The notes below the pieces were generated by a model that was not told the DNA's origin, made no database searches, and worked only from the letters and a program-made list of their open reading frames with translations. Of a stretch of 64,000 nt of DNA, positions 47,245 through 56,309 are shown piece after piece; the first letter of the stretch is position 1; each line of letters starts with the position of its first letter. The position numbers and the translations under genes are program-made. Location of the stretch: positions 4,190 through 68,189 of the forward strand of contig CALCKF010000101.1 in the NCBI GenBank assembly GCA_937966095.1. Direction: 5' to 3'. This DNA is from an uncultured Eubacterium sp. GTDB taxonomy: Bacteria; Bacillota; Clostridia; Peptostreptococcales; Anaerovoracaceae.

Positions 47245-48258
47245 TCACCTCCAGCCTTTCGCAACGAACAGTTCTTCGTAAAGATTGACGGCATATCTGT
47301 CAGTCATTCCGGCTACATGATCCTTAGCCAGTTCTTCCTTTGAAAATTCACCGCTCATGGCTTTTAGATCTTCCGGAAGTCTGTCAGTATTTTCTGCAAA
47401 ATACTGATACAGAGATGTTATGATTATCCTGACCTTATTTATATCCTCCGCTCTTTTTACCTTGTGGTTATGATATACATTCTCGAACATATAACTTCTC
47501 AGCTTGTTCATAGCTGATGATTTTTCATCACTTAACTGTGCTGTAGGCCTGCCGAAGGTGTTTTCTATCATATCTTTGACCAGTGTATCTATCCTTTCCT
47601 TGTGGGTAGTACCCAATATCTTTATGCAGTCTGAAGGAAGATCGCCCTCTGTTATGATACCGCTCCTCATCGCATCATCGATATCGTGGTTTATATATGC
47701 TATGCGGTCGCTTATCTTCACTATCTGACCTTCTGCTGTAACAGGCATTACAGGCCCTGTATGATTGAGTATCCCGTCTCTTACTTCATATGTAAGGTTC
47801 ATACCTCGTCTGCTGGAATTCGCTGACTCAAGTATATCAACGACTCTCAGACTCTGCACGTTATGTTTGAATCCGCCCGGATATATCTCATTTAGTACGG
47901 CTTCACCGCTGTGTCCAAATGGTGTATGACCCAGGTCATGGCCCATTGCTATAGCCTCGGCAAGATCCTCGTTGAGGCCTGATCCTCTTGCTATCGTCCT
48001 TGCTATCTGTGAGACCTCGATCGTATGTGTGAGCCTGGTCCTGTAATGATCCCCTTCCGGTGCGAGGAAGACCTGAGTCTTATGCATGAGTCTTCGAAAT
48101 GCTTTTGAGTGGATTATCCTGTCTCTGTCCCTCTGATAATCCGTTCTGATACTGCATTTTTCTTCATCTACAGCCCTTCCTCTGCTTTCAGCTGATTTTG
48201 CCGCATATCGTGAAAGATATTCATACTCTCTCTTTTCCAGCGCTTCTCTATTTATCAT
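47245..48258 (-). CDS. dGTP triphosphohydrolase-like HD-domain protein
   Basis: DRDRIIHSKAFRRLMHKTQVF, RTRLTHTIEVSQIAR and GHDLGHTPFGH are present. Confidence 0.85.
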   Translation of the reverse strand: MINREALEKREYEYLSRYAAKSAESRGRAVDEEKCSIRTDYQRDRDRIIHSKAFRRLMHKTQVFLAPEGDHYRTRLTHTIEVSQIARTIARGSGLNEDLAEAIAMGHDLGHTPFGHSGEAVLNEIYPGGFKHNVQSLRVVDILESANSSRRGMNLTYEVRDGILNHTGPVMPVTAEGQIVKISDRIAYINHDIDDAMRSGIITEGDLPSDCIKILGTTHKERIDTLVKDMIENTFGRPTAQLSDEKSSAMNKLRSYMFENVYHNHKVKRAEDINKVRIIITSLYQYFAENTDRLPEDLKAMSGEFSKEELAKDHVAGMTDRYAVNLYEELFVAKGWR

Positions 48259-48273
48259 CAGTTCCTCCGATCA

Positions 48274-48468
48274 TCATACACGTATGTGATTACACTGCCT
48301 GACATTGCTGCCAAGTTCATGATCTATACTGTCAAGCAGTTCTATTATCCGCTTCTGCAGATCATCGTCAAGAAAAAAAATATCCTCTGCAACAGCTTCG
48401 GCAAGATCTCTTTTCTGTTTATCCGAAAGCCCTCTGTAAAATTTTCCGGCCTGAACAGCTTCCTTCAA
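48274..48468 (-). CDS. Catalase-related C-terminal (immune-responsive-like) domain fragment
   Basis: 64 aa with a TTG start that overlaps the upstream stop as TTGA. It could be a split-off tail of the catalase-like gene. Confidence 0.35.
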   Translation of the reverse strand: MKEAVQAGKFYRGLSDKQKRDLAEAVAEDIFFLDDDLQKRIIELLDSIDHELGSNVRQCNHIRV

Positions 48469-49430
48469 TCGGCCTCACCCCTCTCGACAGCCTCTGTCTG
48501 ATATATGTAATTTATCACATCCGTAAACCCGTCTCTGCAGATCTCTATCCCGTCTATTGTCCTTCCAGGAACAAAACTCAAAAGATCACACTCCCTTTTC
48601 TGATCATCAGGTATCTCCACAAGCTTCATTATGCCGGCTGTTACCGGGGGATTCGTTTCTTCATCCCATATTAGCGTGCCTTTTAAAATTTCGGCATCTG
48701 ATGCCGTATTATGATCCATCATCTGAACAGACATCTCATAGCATGGAAACTGCCCTGAGGATATCGATGAGCGCAGACTGTCCTCAGCACAGTCAATGTC
48801 AAATCCGGCCATGAATTCTGCGGATATCCTGTCAAGCGATTCTCCTGATGCTGATTCTCCATCCTTCACAGGTGTCCATTTGTATCTCACAAGGAATTTT
48901 TCCCCTTTCTCGTTTTCCCAAATGGTATTGTTTGCAGAATACCAATTTATGTCAACGAATGATGATGTAAGACATTCATTTGAGTAAAATCTCAAGGCAC
49001 AATTCATCGATTCCGGATTATCCGCTATAAACCGCCAGAATGCGTCTCTGTTTACACCGTCAAAACGTTCTTTTTTTGTAAAAGCTTCCGCCATTTCAAG
49101 AAATTTTGTTTCATCATGTATGAAAAAGACCGGCAGATTATGACAAAGCATATCATATCGTCCTTCTCCACTGATAAATTTTACGTTCATGCTTTTTATA
49201 TTTCTTGAAGTATCCGCTGTTCCACGGTCTCCCAGCATGGAAGAAAACCTTACCGTCACCGGTGTTATCTCGTCAAAATCTCTGAATATCGATGCTCTTG
49301 TATAATCACTCAGCGACATATAGGGCCTGAAGAATCCCTTTGCCGAGACCCCTTTCCTGAACATGAGCCTGGGCTTTGATATATTCTTTATCATCCTGTG
49401 TAGTTTTTCCAGCAGTAAATAATCTGTCAT
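48465..49430 (-). CDS. Catalase-family protein lacking the distal catalytic His
   Basis: Catalase core blocks are recognisable (VTVRFSSMLGDRGTADTSRNIKSMNVKFISGEGRYDMLCHNLPVFFIHD), but the VHAKG motif reads VSAKG. I start it at the ATG at 49430 (GAGGTGG RBS) rather than 49505, which overlaps dut. Confidence 0.6.
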   Translation of the reverse strand: MTDYLLLEKLHRMIKNISKPRLMFRKGVSAKGFFRPYMSLSDYTRASIFRDFDEITPVTVRFSSMLGDRGTADTSRNIKSMNVKFISGEGRYDMLCHNLPVFFIHDETKFLEMAEAFTKKERFDGVNRDAFWRFIADNPESMNCALRFYSNECLTSSFVDINWYSANNTIWENEKGEKFLVRYKWTPVKDGESASGESLDRISAEFMAGFDIDCAEDSLRSSISSGQFPCYEMSVQMMDHNTASDAEILKGTLIWDEETNPPVTAGIMKLVEIPDDQKRECDLLSFVPGRTIDGIEICRDGFTDVINYIYQTEAVERGEAD

Positions 49431-49485
49431 CTGCACCACCTCACGGTAGTATATGCGACGCTTCACTGTTTTGCCATGATAAAAA

Positions 49486-49914
49486 TCATATACCCGTATG
49501 GCCAAAGCCTCCTCCGCCTCTTTCCGTTTCGGACAGTGAGTCTGACAGGATCATATCAGCCTTTTCATACCTGCTTATAACCATCTGGGCTATCCTGTCC
49601 CCGTTATTTACTGTGAAATTCTCTTCCCCCCAGTTTATGAGGGAAACTTTGATTTCTCCCCTGTAATCACTGTCTATCGTGCCTGTACCGTTGGTAAGAC
49701 CGATACCGTGTTTCACAGCAAGGCCGCTCCTGGCTCTTATCTGGGCTTCAAAGCCTGAAGGGATCTCCATAAAAAGCCCGGTAGGTATCAATGCTCTTTT
49801 TCCTGGTCCGATAACAACAGGCTCATCTATATACGCACGTATATCCATTCCAGCTGACCCGGCTGTTTCATACTCAGGAATTTTTCCCGACAACGACTTG
49901 ATCTTTATATTCAT
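49486..49914 (-). CDS. dut: dUTP diphosphatase
   Basis: GSAGMDIRA, RSGLAVKHGI, GTIDSDYRGEI and GGFGHTG motifs are present. Confidence 0.93.
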   Translation of the reverse strand: MNIKIKSLSGKIPEYETAGSAGMDIRAYIDEPVVIGPGKRALIPTGLFMEIPSGFEAQIRARSGLAVKHGIGLTNGTGTIDSDYRGEIKVSLINWGEENFTVNNGDRIAQMVISRYEKADMILSDSLSETERGGGGFGHTGI

Positions 49915-51182
49915 CCTCTGACAAACCTTTCCAAATCAAATTCTCTTCCTGTAACGGCTGCCCCGCAATATGAAGAATAGTCTCCTATCAAAGATGCAGC
50001 TTCCAATATGTCATCAAGCGTTACTTCGTCAAATTTTTTAAGCACTTCTTCCGGCGGATACACTTTATCCAGCAGCAGCTTGTTCTTACCTATTGAAAAC
50101 ATCCTGCTGTTGATATTTTCAAGTCCGAAAATGTATGTGCTCTTTACCTGTTCCTTTGCCATGGACAGTTCCTCTTCGGTAACTCCCCTGCTGCTTATGT
50201 CCTCCAATTCATATTTTACGGCATCGAGCGTATCACGTGCCTTATCATGTGCAACTCCGGCATATATGCTGAAAAATCCCCAATAGCTGTTGAATACGTT
50301 CATAGAGCATACAGAGTATGCCAGTCCTTTTTCTTCTCTTATATTCTGAAACAGCCTCGAACTCATACTGCCTCCCAGTATACTGTTCATAAGGACAAAT
50401 GCATAATACTTTTCATCATCCATAGAAACACCCGGGGTCGCAAGACATATATGAGTCTGTTCTATATCTTTGACCTTCACATCGAAACTCTGTCTGTATG
50501 GTTTCAGACTGATATCATCACATATCTTTTCAGCTGCAAGAGCATTGAGACGGCTTTCAAACAGGTCCTCTATCCTGTCCTCATCGAAATTTCCGGCAAC
50601 TGCAACTACTATGCTGTTTCTCGCATACTTGTCTCTGAAATATGCGGTCATCTTCGATCTGTCTATGCCGGCCAGGCTTTCCGGAGTCCCCAGTATGCTT
50701 CTCCCGAGAGGATTGCCGCTGGACACAAGCTCCGATATCGTATCATATACATCATCGTCCGGACTGTCCTTCACCATCTTTATCTCTTCACAGATAACTT
50801 TTCGCTCCTTATCCATCTCTTCAGGGTCGAATTTTGAACATGTGAGCATATCCAGCAGTATTTCCGCGCCTTCATATATGTTGGAGGAAAGAGTCTTGAT
50901 ATAATAGCAAGTAGCCTCTTTCCCTGTAAAAGCATTGAACATGCCGCCGATCTTATCCACATCGGAAGCGATCTCCTTTGCCGTTCGTTTTTCAGTTCCT
51001 TTAAACATCATGTGCTCTATATAATGAGATACACCCGATATTCCGTCATTTTCATCTGCTGCTCCGGCCTTTACCCAGATACCCAACGCCGCCGACTGCA
51101 CATAATCGGTCTTTTCCATTATTATCGTGGTGCCGCATTTCAATTTTACTGTTTTTACCATAGCAACACTGCCTTTCTTCAA
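49911..51182 (-). CDS. M16-family (pitrilysin/insulinase-like) zinc peptidase
   Basis: Inverted zinc motif HYIEH in GVSHYIEHMMFKGT. The approximately 420-aa size is typical of YmxG-type M16B. Confidence 0.85.
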   Translation of the reverse strand: MKKGSVAMVKTVKLKCGTTIIMEKTDYVQSAALGIWVKAGAADENDGISGVSHYIEHMMFKGTEKRTAKEIASDVDKIGGMFNAFTGKEATCYYIKTLSSNIYEGAEILLDMLTCSKFDPEEMDKERKVICEEIKMVKDSPDDDVYDTISELVSSGNPLGRSILGTPESLAGIDRSKMTAYFRDKYARNSIVVAVAGNFDEDRIEDLFESRLNALAAEKICDDISLKPYRQSFDVKVKDIEQTHICLATPGVSMDDEKYYAFVLMNSILGGSMSSRLFQNIREEKGLAYSVCSMNVFNSYWGFFSIYAGVAHDKARDTLDAVKYELEDISSRGVTEEELSMAKEQVKSTYIFGLENINSRMFSIGKNKLLLDKVYPPEEVLKKFDEVTLDDILEAASLIGDYSSYCGAAVTGREFDLERFVRG

Positions 51183-51283
51183 AATATAGATTGTATTGTA
51201 ACATAAAATGCAGTTTTTTCATATACTGCCATCAAACAATTCATTATAAATTTATATAACGTGATGATTCAAGGAGGTAGATT

Positions 51284-52303
51284 ATGAACTGTTTTTGTAC
51301 ACCACAGAACGGTACCGCCGCTGATTCATGCTGCAAAGCAAATGAATTATGCAGTTTCAGCGGCAACCTGGATGACGTGACCGCCACTCCAATATATGTA
51401 CAGAGCGTATATGATGCAGTAAGATTCCATATGCAGGGCATGAAGACTGCCCAATGCCTGAAGTTTTCACCGGCTATTCCTCCAGGCTGTTCAGTAAGCA
51501 GGATACTTGATATCAGATGCAAAAAAGTTTTCGATCCTTCACAGGCTTCCAGCTGTGACAATCTCACTCTGGATATGGAAACCGGTATTTCAGGAGCATA
51601 TTTCGTGAATGAATGCAACAGCGTAGTGGAAACTGTAGGACCTGATGGCGTACCGTCCGAAAAAATACTTTTTGCTGACACAAGTGAATGTGATTCCACA
51701 AAATGCGGAACACCTATATTCGGAACACAGAATGTAAAAATCTGGGGAAACATAGTCGTTTATATCGATCTTGCGGTATGCGACAGCTGCGGCAGAGAAA
51801 GCACTATGACCATATGTGCCGAGGTCAATATAGCTAAACCGTCATGTCCGCTGATACTTACCAACTTCTTTGAACTGTGTATGCCAAGCACGACCAACTC
51901 AGCATTCATGCCAAGGCTCACGGAGCTTTCAAACGCTGCCTTCAGCTGCAGGATGGCCACAAACAATGCTTCAAGAGATCTGTGTATAGGTCCTAACGGA
52001 GAAATAACCGCTAACCTTATCATAACCATCTGCGTGACCGTAGAAAAGAAGATAACGGTGCCGGTACAGCTCTGTGTCCTTTCTACAGGATTTGCCGAAG
52101 CTCCTCTTCAGGAAAATGTTTCCGGAGTGGTTACATGTCCCGGTCTGTTTCCTGAAAGAAATGATGGATGCAATGAGTCCGGCTGCTGTCAGAGTGAGTC
52201 AAACTCTTGTGTTACGAACCCGTGCTGCGATCCATGCTGCACTCCGTCACCTGGAGACTGCGACTGCGGCTGCAGTGATTACCCGCCATCAACATGCAAG
52301 TAA
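51284..52303 (+). CDS. Cysteine-rich hypothetical protein (34 Cys in 339 aa), possible spore-surface protein
   Basis: AAGGAGG RBS 7 nt before the ATG. I counted 34 Cys, 12 of them in the last 46 residues (CNESGCCQSESNSCVTNPCCDPCCTPSPGDCDCGCSDYPPSTCK). No signal peptide or TM is evident. Confidence 0.6.
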   Translation: MNCFCTPQNGTAADSCCKANELCSFSGNLDDVTATPIYVQSVYDAVRFHMQGMKTAQCLKFSPAIPPGCSVSRILDIRCKKVFDPSQASSCDNLTLDMETGISGAYFVNECNSVVETVGPDGVPSEKILFADTSECDSTKCGTPIFGTQNVKIWGNIVVYIDLAVCDSCGRESTMTICAEVNIAKPSCPLILTNFFELCMPSTTNSAFMPRLTELSNAAFSCRMATNNASRDLCIGPNGEITANLIITICVTVEKKITVPVQLCVLSTGFAEAPLQENVSGVVTCPGLFPERNDGCNESGCCQSESNSCVTNPCCDPCCTPSPGDCDCGCSDYPPSTCK

Positions 52304-52318
52304 ATGTCGTTAAAAATC

Positions 52319-52355
52319 AAAAGAGGGGATCCTGTAGGATACCCTCTTTCGTTTT
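52319..52355. terminator. Bidirectional terminator between the convergent Cys-rich gene and spo0A
   Basis: AAAAGAGGGGATCC-TGTA-GGATACCCTCTTT hairpin (one mismatch) with A/T runs on both sides. Confidence 0.65.
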
Positions 52356-52371
52356 CCGCGCAAATAAGTCT

Positions 52372-53175
52372 TCAGCTTGCTCTTCTCTCTATCCTGAGTT
52401 TATCCGCTATTATAGCTATGAACTCTGAATTCGTCGGTTTGCCTTTGTCATTCTGCACAGTGTATCCGAACAGTGAATTGATGGTCTCAAGTTTTCCTCT
52501 GTTCCATGCCACTTCTATAGCATGTCTGATGGCTCGTTCTACACGGCTCGGAGTAGTATTGTTTGCTTTTGCTATTGCAGGATAAAGCTCCTTTGTTACC
52601 GCTCCCAGAAGATCAATATCTTCCACCACCATTATTATGGCATCACGCAGATAATGATATCCCTTTATATGTGCAGGCACTCCTATCTCATGTATTATGT
52701 TGGTTATATCTATTTCAAGGCTTTTGTCTTCATCCTCTTTTTGTCCTGTAAGTATCGCCCGCGCGTACTGCATCTTGTTTTCGCTGCTGTCATCTACTCC
52801 GGAAAGCTGGTTTATCCTCTTCATCAGTATATCCAGATTAAAAGGCTTTACTATGTAGTATTCCGCTCCCAGGCTGATTGCTTTCTGTGTTATAGGCTCC
52901 TGTCCCACAGCAGATAAAACGATAGTTCTCGGGTATTTTTCAAGTTCTATATTGTTAATAGTTTCCAGAACGCCTAATCCGTCCAGATGAGGCATGACCA
53001 TATCCAGTATCAAAATTTCAGGCTGATTGGATTTGATGTTTTCTACAGTTTTTATTCCATCATGAGAAACGAAAGCCAAATCAATATCTTCTTTATCGGA
53101 AAAATAGTCAACCAGAAGTTCACAGAATTCCTTATTATCGTCAGCGATACCGATTTTAATTCTTTTCATTTTCAT
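52372..53175 (-). CDS. spo0A: Sporulation master regulator Spo0A
   Basis: Receiver domain ([18 protein letters not shown]) plus the diagnostic Spo0A C-terminal domain ([19 protein letters not shown]...[20 protein letters not shown]). Confidence 0.95.
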   Translation of the reverse strand: MKMKRIKIGIADDNKEFCELLVDYFSDKEDIDLAFVSHDGIKTVENIKSNQPEILILDMVMPHLDGLGVLETINNIELEKYPRTIVLSAVGQEPITQKAISLGAEYYIVKPFNLDILMKRINQLSGVDDSSENKMQYARAILTGQKEDEDKSLEIDITNIIHEIGVPAHIKGYHYLRDAIIMVVEDIDLLGAVTKELYPAIAKANNTTPSRVERAIRHAIEVAWNRGKLETINSLFGYTVQNDKGKPTNSEFIAIIADKLRIERRAS

Positions 53176-53204
53176 ATCCTCCTGTTTTTTAACATCATGG
53201 CTTT

Positions 53205-53225
53205 TTCGACATATGCCATGTCAAA
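53205..53225. promoter_or_regulatory. Inverted pair of 0A boxes upstream of spo0A
   Basis: TTCGACA (reverse complement TGTCGAA, the consensus 0A box) - 7 nt - TGTCAAA, lying 30-50 nt upstream of the spo0A ATG. Confidence 0.5.
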
Positions 53226-53323
53226 TAATAAAAATTAATTGGAAATTATAGGTTATTTACACTACAATTTAAATTTTAAATATATGAAGGATATTATCAA
53301 CGGATTACGAAATACAATTTATT

Positions 53324-54391
53324 TTAATTTTCGACAAGATCTGACTCCCTCAGCATCCATTCGATAAAAACTCCGTATCCTCGACTCGGATTATTGACGA
53401 AAACATGTGTCACTGCTCCTATGATGCGGTCATCCTGTATTATAGGGCTTCCGCTCATTCCCTGTACGATACCTCCGCTCTCATCAAGAAGCTCCTTATC
53501 CGTCACTCTTATGACCATGCTTTTATCAGCAGGCGCATCCTGATCTTCTATCTGCTCGATCTCTATCTCGAAACGTTTTATTTCATTGTTGGAAAGTGTG
53601 GACAGTATATATGCCTTTCCCAGTCTGACCTGGTCTTTAGTCCCTACGGCCAGCGGTTTTTCATATAAAGGATTTTCTATGGGATGATATGAGACACCAA
53701 ACACTCCGAATTCACTGTTCCTTTCAAGACTTCCGAGCGGATCATCAGAATGATAGAATATCCCTTTTATTTCACCCGGCTCACCGCTTTTGCCTTCCTC
53801 CACTTCTCTCACCTGTGATTCCAGCAGCAACCCGGTTTCCACCGAAAGTATAGAGTTCGTCTCAGGATCCACTATTCCGTGGCCTAAAGCTCCGAAAGTA
53901 GAATTCGAAGGATCGTAATATGTCAAAGTGCCTATACCGGCTGTTTTGTCCTTTACCCACACTCCCAGCTTATAAAGACCGTCCTCACCTGACTCTACAG
54001 GGTTTATGCTGATATTCATGATCTCGCCGTTTCTTTTTATCTTCAGTTTTACCGTGTCCTTAACTTCGTTTACTATTGACTGCACTTCATCTGCATGATA
54101 CACTTCTGTACCGTTGATCTCCATTATTATATCTCCTATCTGAAGACCGCTCAAAAGACCGGGATTGATCGCTTTTCCGCTCTTCCCCTCTATTTCCTCA
54201 AGGCCTACTATCAAAACGCCTCTGACGTCCATTTTGACCCCTACAGACTGACCTCCGGGCACCAGCACCTTTTCTGCCACTACCGGAACATTCGCTGTAC
54301 TGTCGTTTTCCGGCATCACCTGCCCTATCAAGGCTATGGAAAGAAGCAGTCCGCATAATACCAGCGTTCCCTTTTTAATGAATTTTTTCAT
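53324..54391 (-). CDS. spoIVB: SpoIVB signalling serine peptidase (S55)
   Basis: PDZ segment (GLQIGDIIMEINGTEV), GTLTYYDPSNSTFGALGHGI (His) and GMSGSPIIQDDRIIGAVTHV (Ser) are present. Started at the ATG at 54391 (AGGGGGA RBS). The track start at 54433 overlaps the upstream gene. Confidence 0.9.
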   Translation of the reverse strand: MKKFIKKGTLVLCGLLLSIALIGQVMPENDSTANVPVVAEKVLVPGGQSVGVKMDVRGVLIVGLEEIEGKSGKAINPGLLSGLQIGDIIMEINGTEVYHADEVQSIVNEVKDTVKLKIKRNGEIMNISINPVESGEDGLYKLGVWVKDKTAGIGTLTYYDPSNSTFGALGHGIVDPETNSILSVETGLLLESQVREVEEGKSGEPGEIKGIFYHSDDPLGSLERNSEFGVFGVSYHPIENPLYEKPLAVGTKDQVRLGKAYILSTLSNNEIKRFEIEIEQIEDQDAPADKSMVIRVTDKELLDESGGIVQGMSGSPIIQDDRIIGAVTHVFVNNPSRGYGVFIEWMLRESDLVEN

Positions 54392-54401
54392 CAGAATCCC
54401 C

Positions 54402-54821
54402 CTAGCTGTCAAAGTTCTGAAGGAATTCGCCAAGATCGTCCTCGGTCTGTATAGTCACTCCGTCTATAAACAGCTGCTGATCGTTTTCCGAGAGAAGATC
54501 AAAAGGTATTGATGTTATAAGATAAAGTTCCTCGTTCCCCTCTGAATCACAGACAAAGACCTTGACTACTCCGTCGACTTCCTTTATTAGGTATGTTTCA
54601 GGTTCCGTTTCCGTGTCTGTCCCCTTGTCATCATCTTTCTCTACGCCGGTTTCTTTCTGCTGTTTTTCTTCTACCTCAACTTTCTGTACAGCATCCTGTG
54701 CAGGCTCCGTATCAGAGGTATCTTGATAATTCAGCCATATACCAAAGCTAAGAACCAGTGCCCCCATTATTGTAAAAACTATCCTTTTTCTCAGTTTCTT
54801 TCTTCTCGTATCTCTGAACAT
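54402..54821 (-). CDS. Membrane-anchored BofC C-terminal-domain-like protein
   Basis: Started at the ATG at 54821 (GAGGAGAG RBS): MFRDTRRKKLRKRIVFTIMGALVLSFGIWL (TM), an acidic linker, then YLIKEVDGVVKVFVCDSEGNEELYLITSIPFDLLSENDQQLFIDGVTIQTEDDLGEFLQNF. The BofC_C call is made from memory of the family pattern. Confidence 0.45.
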   Translation of the reverse strand: MFRDTRRKKLRKRIVFTIMGALVLSFGIWLNYQDTSDTEPAQDAVQKVEVEEKQQKETGVEKDDDKGTDTETEPETYLIKEVDGVVKVFVCDSEGNEELYLITSIPFDLLSENDQQLFIDGVTIQTEDDLGEFLQNFDS

Positions 54822-54938
54822 AATACATCTCTCCTCGTATGTATTATGGTCTTTTTTTCCTTTTTTATTCACAAATGCTTTATAACTTAAAAAGCATGGA
54901 TGTCTTCTGCCATCCATGCTCTCAATATGCGTCCGCCT

Positions 54939-56309
54939 TTATTTCAGTCCGAATTCAACAAGTTTATTGAAAAGCTGTCTGCGTGAAATAGAAAGTATAT
55001 CTGCCACCTTGTTCATATCATCCGGATATCGTTCCAAAAGTCCCTCGATATACGATTTTTCAGCCTTTCCTCTGTACTCTCTCAAGGATTCCGTATAATC
55101 AGTTTCAAAAATACTCTGGCTTACATGCCTTCCCCTTCCTGATATGATCTCTGAGGGAAGATATTCTTCTTTTATCTCTCCCTCTTCAGACAGCACCATG
55201 CATCGCTCGACTATATTTTTCAATTCTCTCACATTTCCCGGGTAATTGTAGTTTATGAGAAGCTCCCTTACTTTATCACTCATATACGTATGCTTTTTTT
55301 TCATCTCCCGGGAATACTTATCGACGAAATAGTCTATAAAAAGCTGTATATCCTCAGGTCTTTCTCTGAGAGGCGGCAGTTCTATTACTATGGTGCTTAT
55401 CCTGTAAAAAAGATCACTTCTGAACAGATCGCGATCCATATCTTCCTTCAGGTTTCTGTTGGTAGCTGTTATCAGTCTGAAATCAACTGTTATAGGGGTA
55501 TTGCTGCCCATCCTGTATATCGTTTTGTTCTCTATAGCTTTAAGAAGCTTTCCCTGGAGCCCCATCGAGACTCCTCCTATCTCGTCAAGGAAAAGCGTTC
55601 CGCCATGAGCTGCTTCAAAAAGTCCTATCCTTTTCTGAGTAGCTCCTGTAAAAGCACCGCGTTCATGTCCGAAAAGCTCTGATTCCAATATGGACTCCGA
55701 AAGAGCCTGACAATTCAGTTCAAGAAGATTTGCATTTTTCCTGCTGCTTTTCTCATGTATGAAAGAGGCCAGAACCTCTTTGCCTGCTCCTGATTCCCCC
55801 AGGATCAGTATATTGGACTCGCTCGCCGCAGCTCTTTCAGCCAGGACAAGCATCCTGCTGAATTTTGAATTCCTGCTTTCCAGCATATATCCGCCTCTTA
55901 CCTTTTCTTCAAGAACTCTGTTTTTTATGACAGCGGTTCTCATGTCTTTGATCTTGCGGATCTCTATAAGAAGTTCCTCCGGATCGTTTCCTTTCGTTAC
56001 ATACGTATATGCTCCGGACTTCATGGTTTCTACAGCTTTTTCTATTGTTCCGAAAGCAGTAAGAACTATGACTTCAGTATCATACTCTCTCTTTTTGATT
56101 TCCTTCAGCAGCTCATAACCGTCCATCACCGGCATGTTTATATCTGATATAACAACATCGAAACTGCCCTTTTCAAGCATCTCCAGGGCTTCCTGTCCAT
56201 TGAAGCAGGTTTCGGTCGTATATCCATTGCTTTCCAGAATCATTTTAAGGACCTCACAGTAGTCCTTTTCGTCATCTACTACAAGTATCCTGAGATTTTC
56301 CCTGATCAT
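54939..56309 (-). CDS. NtrC-family sigma-54-dependent response regulator
   Basis: Receiver (ILVVDDE, VISDINMPVMDG), AAA+ (GESGAGKE, GAFTGA) and a C-terminal HTH are present. Started at the ATG at 56309 (GGAGGAGGG RBS). Confidence 0.9.
   Translation of the reverse strand: MIRENLRILVVDDEKDYCEVLKMILESNGYTTETCFNGQEALEMLEKGSFDVVISDINMPVMDGYELLKEIKKREYDTEVIVLTAFGTIEKAVETMKSGAYTYVTKGNDPEELLIEIRKIKDMRTAVIKNRVLEEKVRGGYMLESRNSKFSRMLVLAERAAASESNILILGESGAGKEVLASFIHEKSSRKNANLLELNCQALSESILESELFGHERGAFTGATQKRIGLFEAAHGGTLFLDEIGGVSMGLQGKLLKAIENKTIYRMGSNTPITVDFRLITATNRNLKEDMDRDLFRSDLFYRISTIVIELPPLRERPEDIQLFIDYFVDKYSREMKKKHTYMSDKVRELLINYNYPGNVRELKNIVERCMVLSEEGEIKEEYLPSEIISGRGRHVSQSIFETDYTESLREYRGKAEKSYIEGLLERYPDDMNKVADILSISRRQLFNKLVEFGLK

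Noticed and set aside
51244-51753. 169-aa minus-strand ORF overlapping the Cys-rich gene
   Set aside because: It is antisense to an ORF with a strong RBS and distinctive composition. It has no RBS or recognisable motif and is a typical shadow frame.
54402-54917. Full-length 171-aa reading of the ORF upstream of spoIVB, and the 54433 start of spoIVB
   Set aside because: Both long forms lack an RBS and overlap neighbouring genes. Internal ATGs at 54821 and 54391 have strong GGAGG-type sites and yield sensible N-terminal TM/signal sequences.
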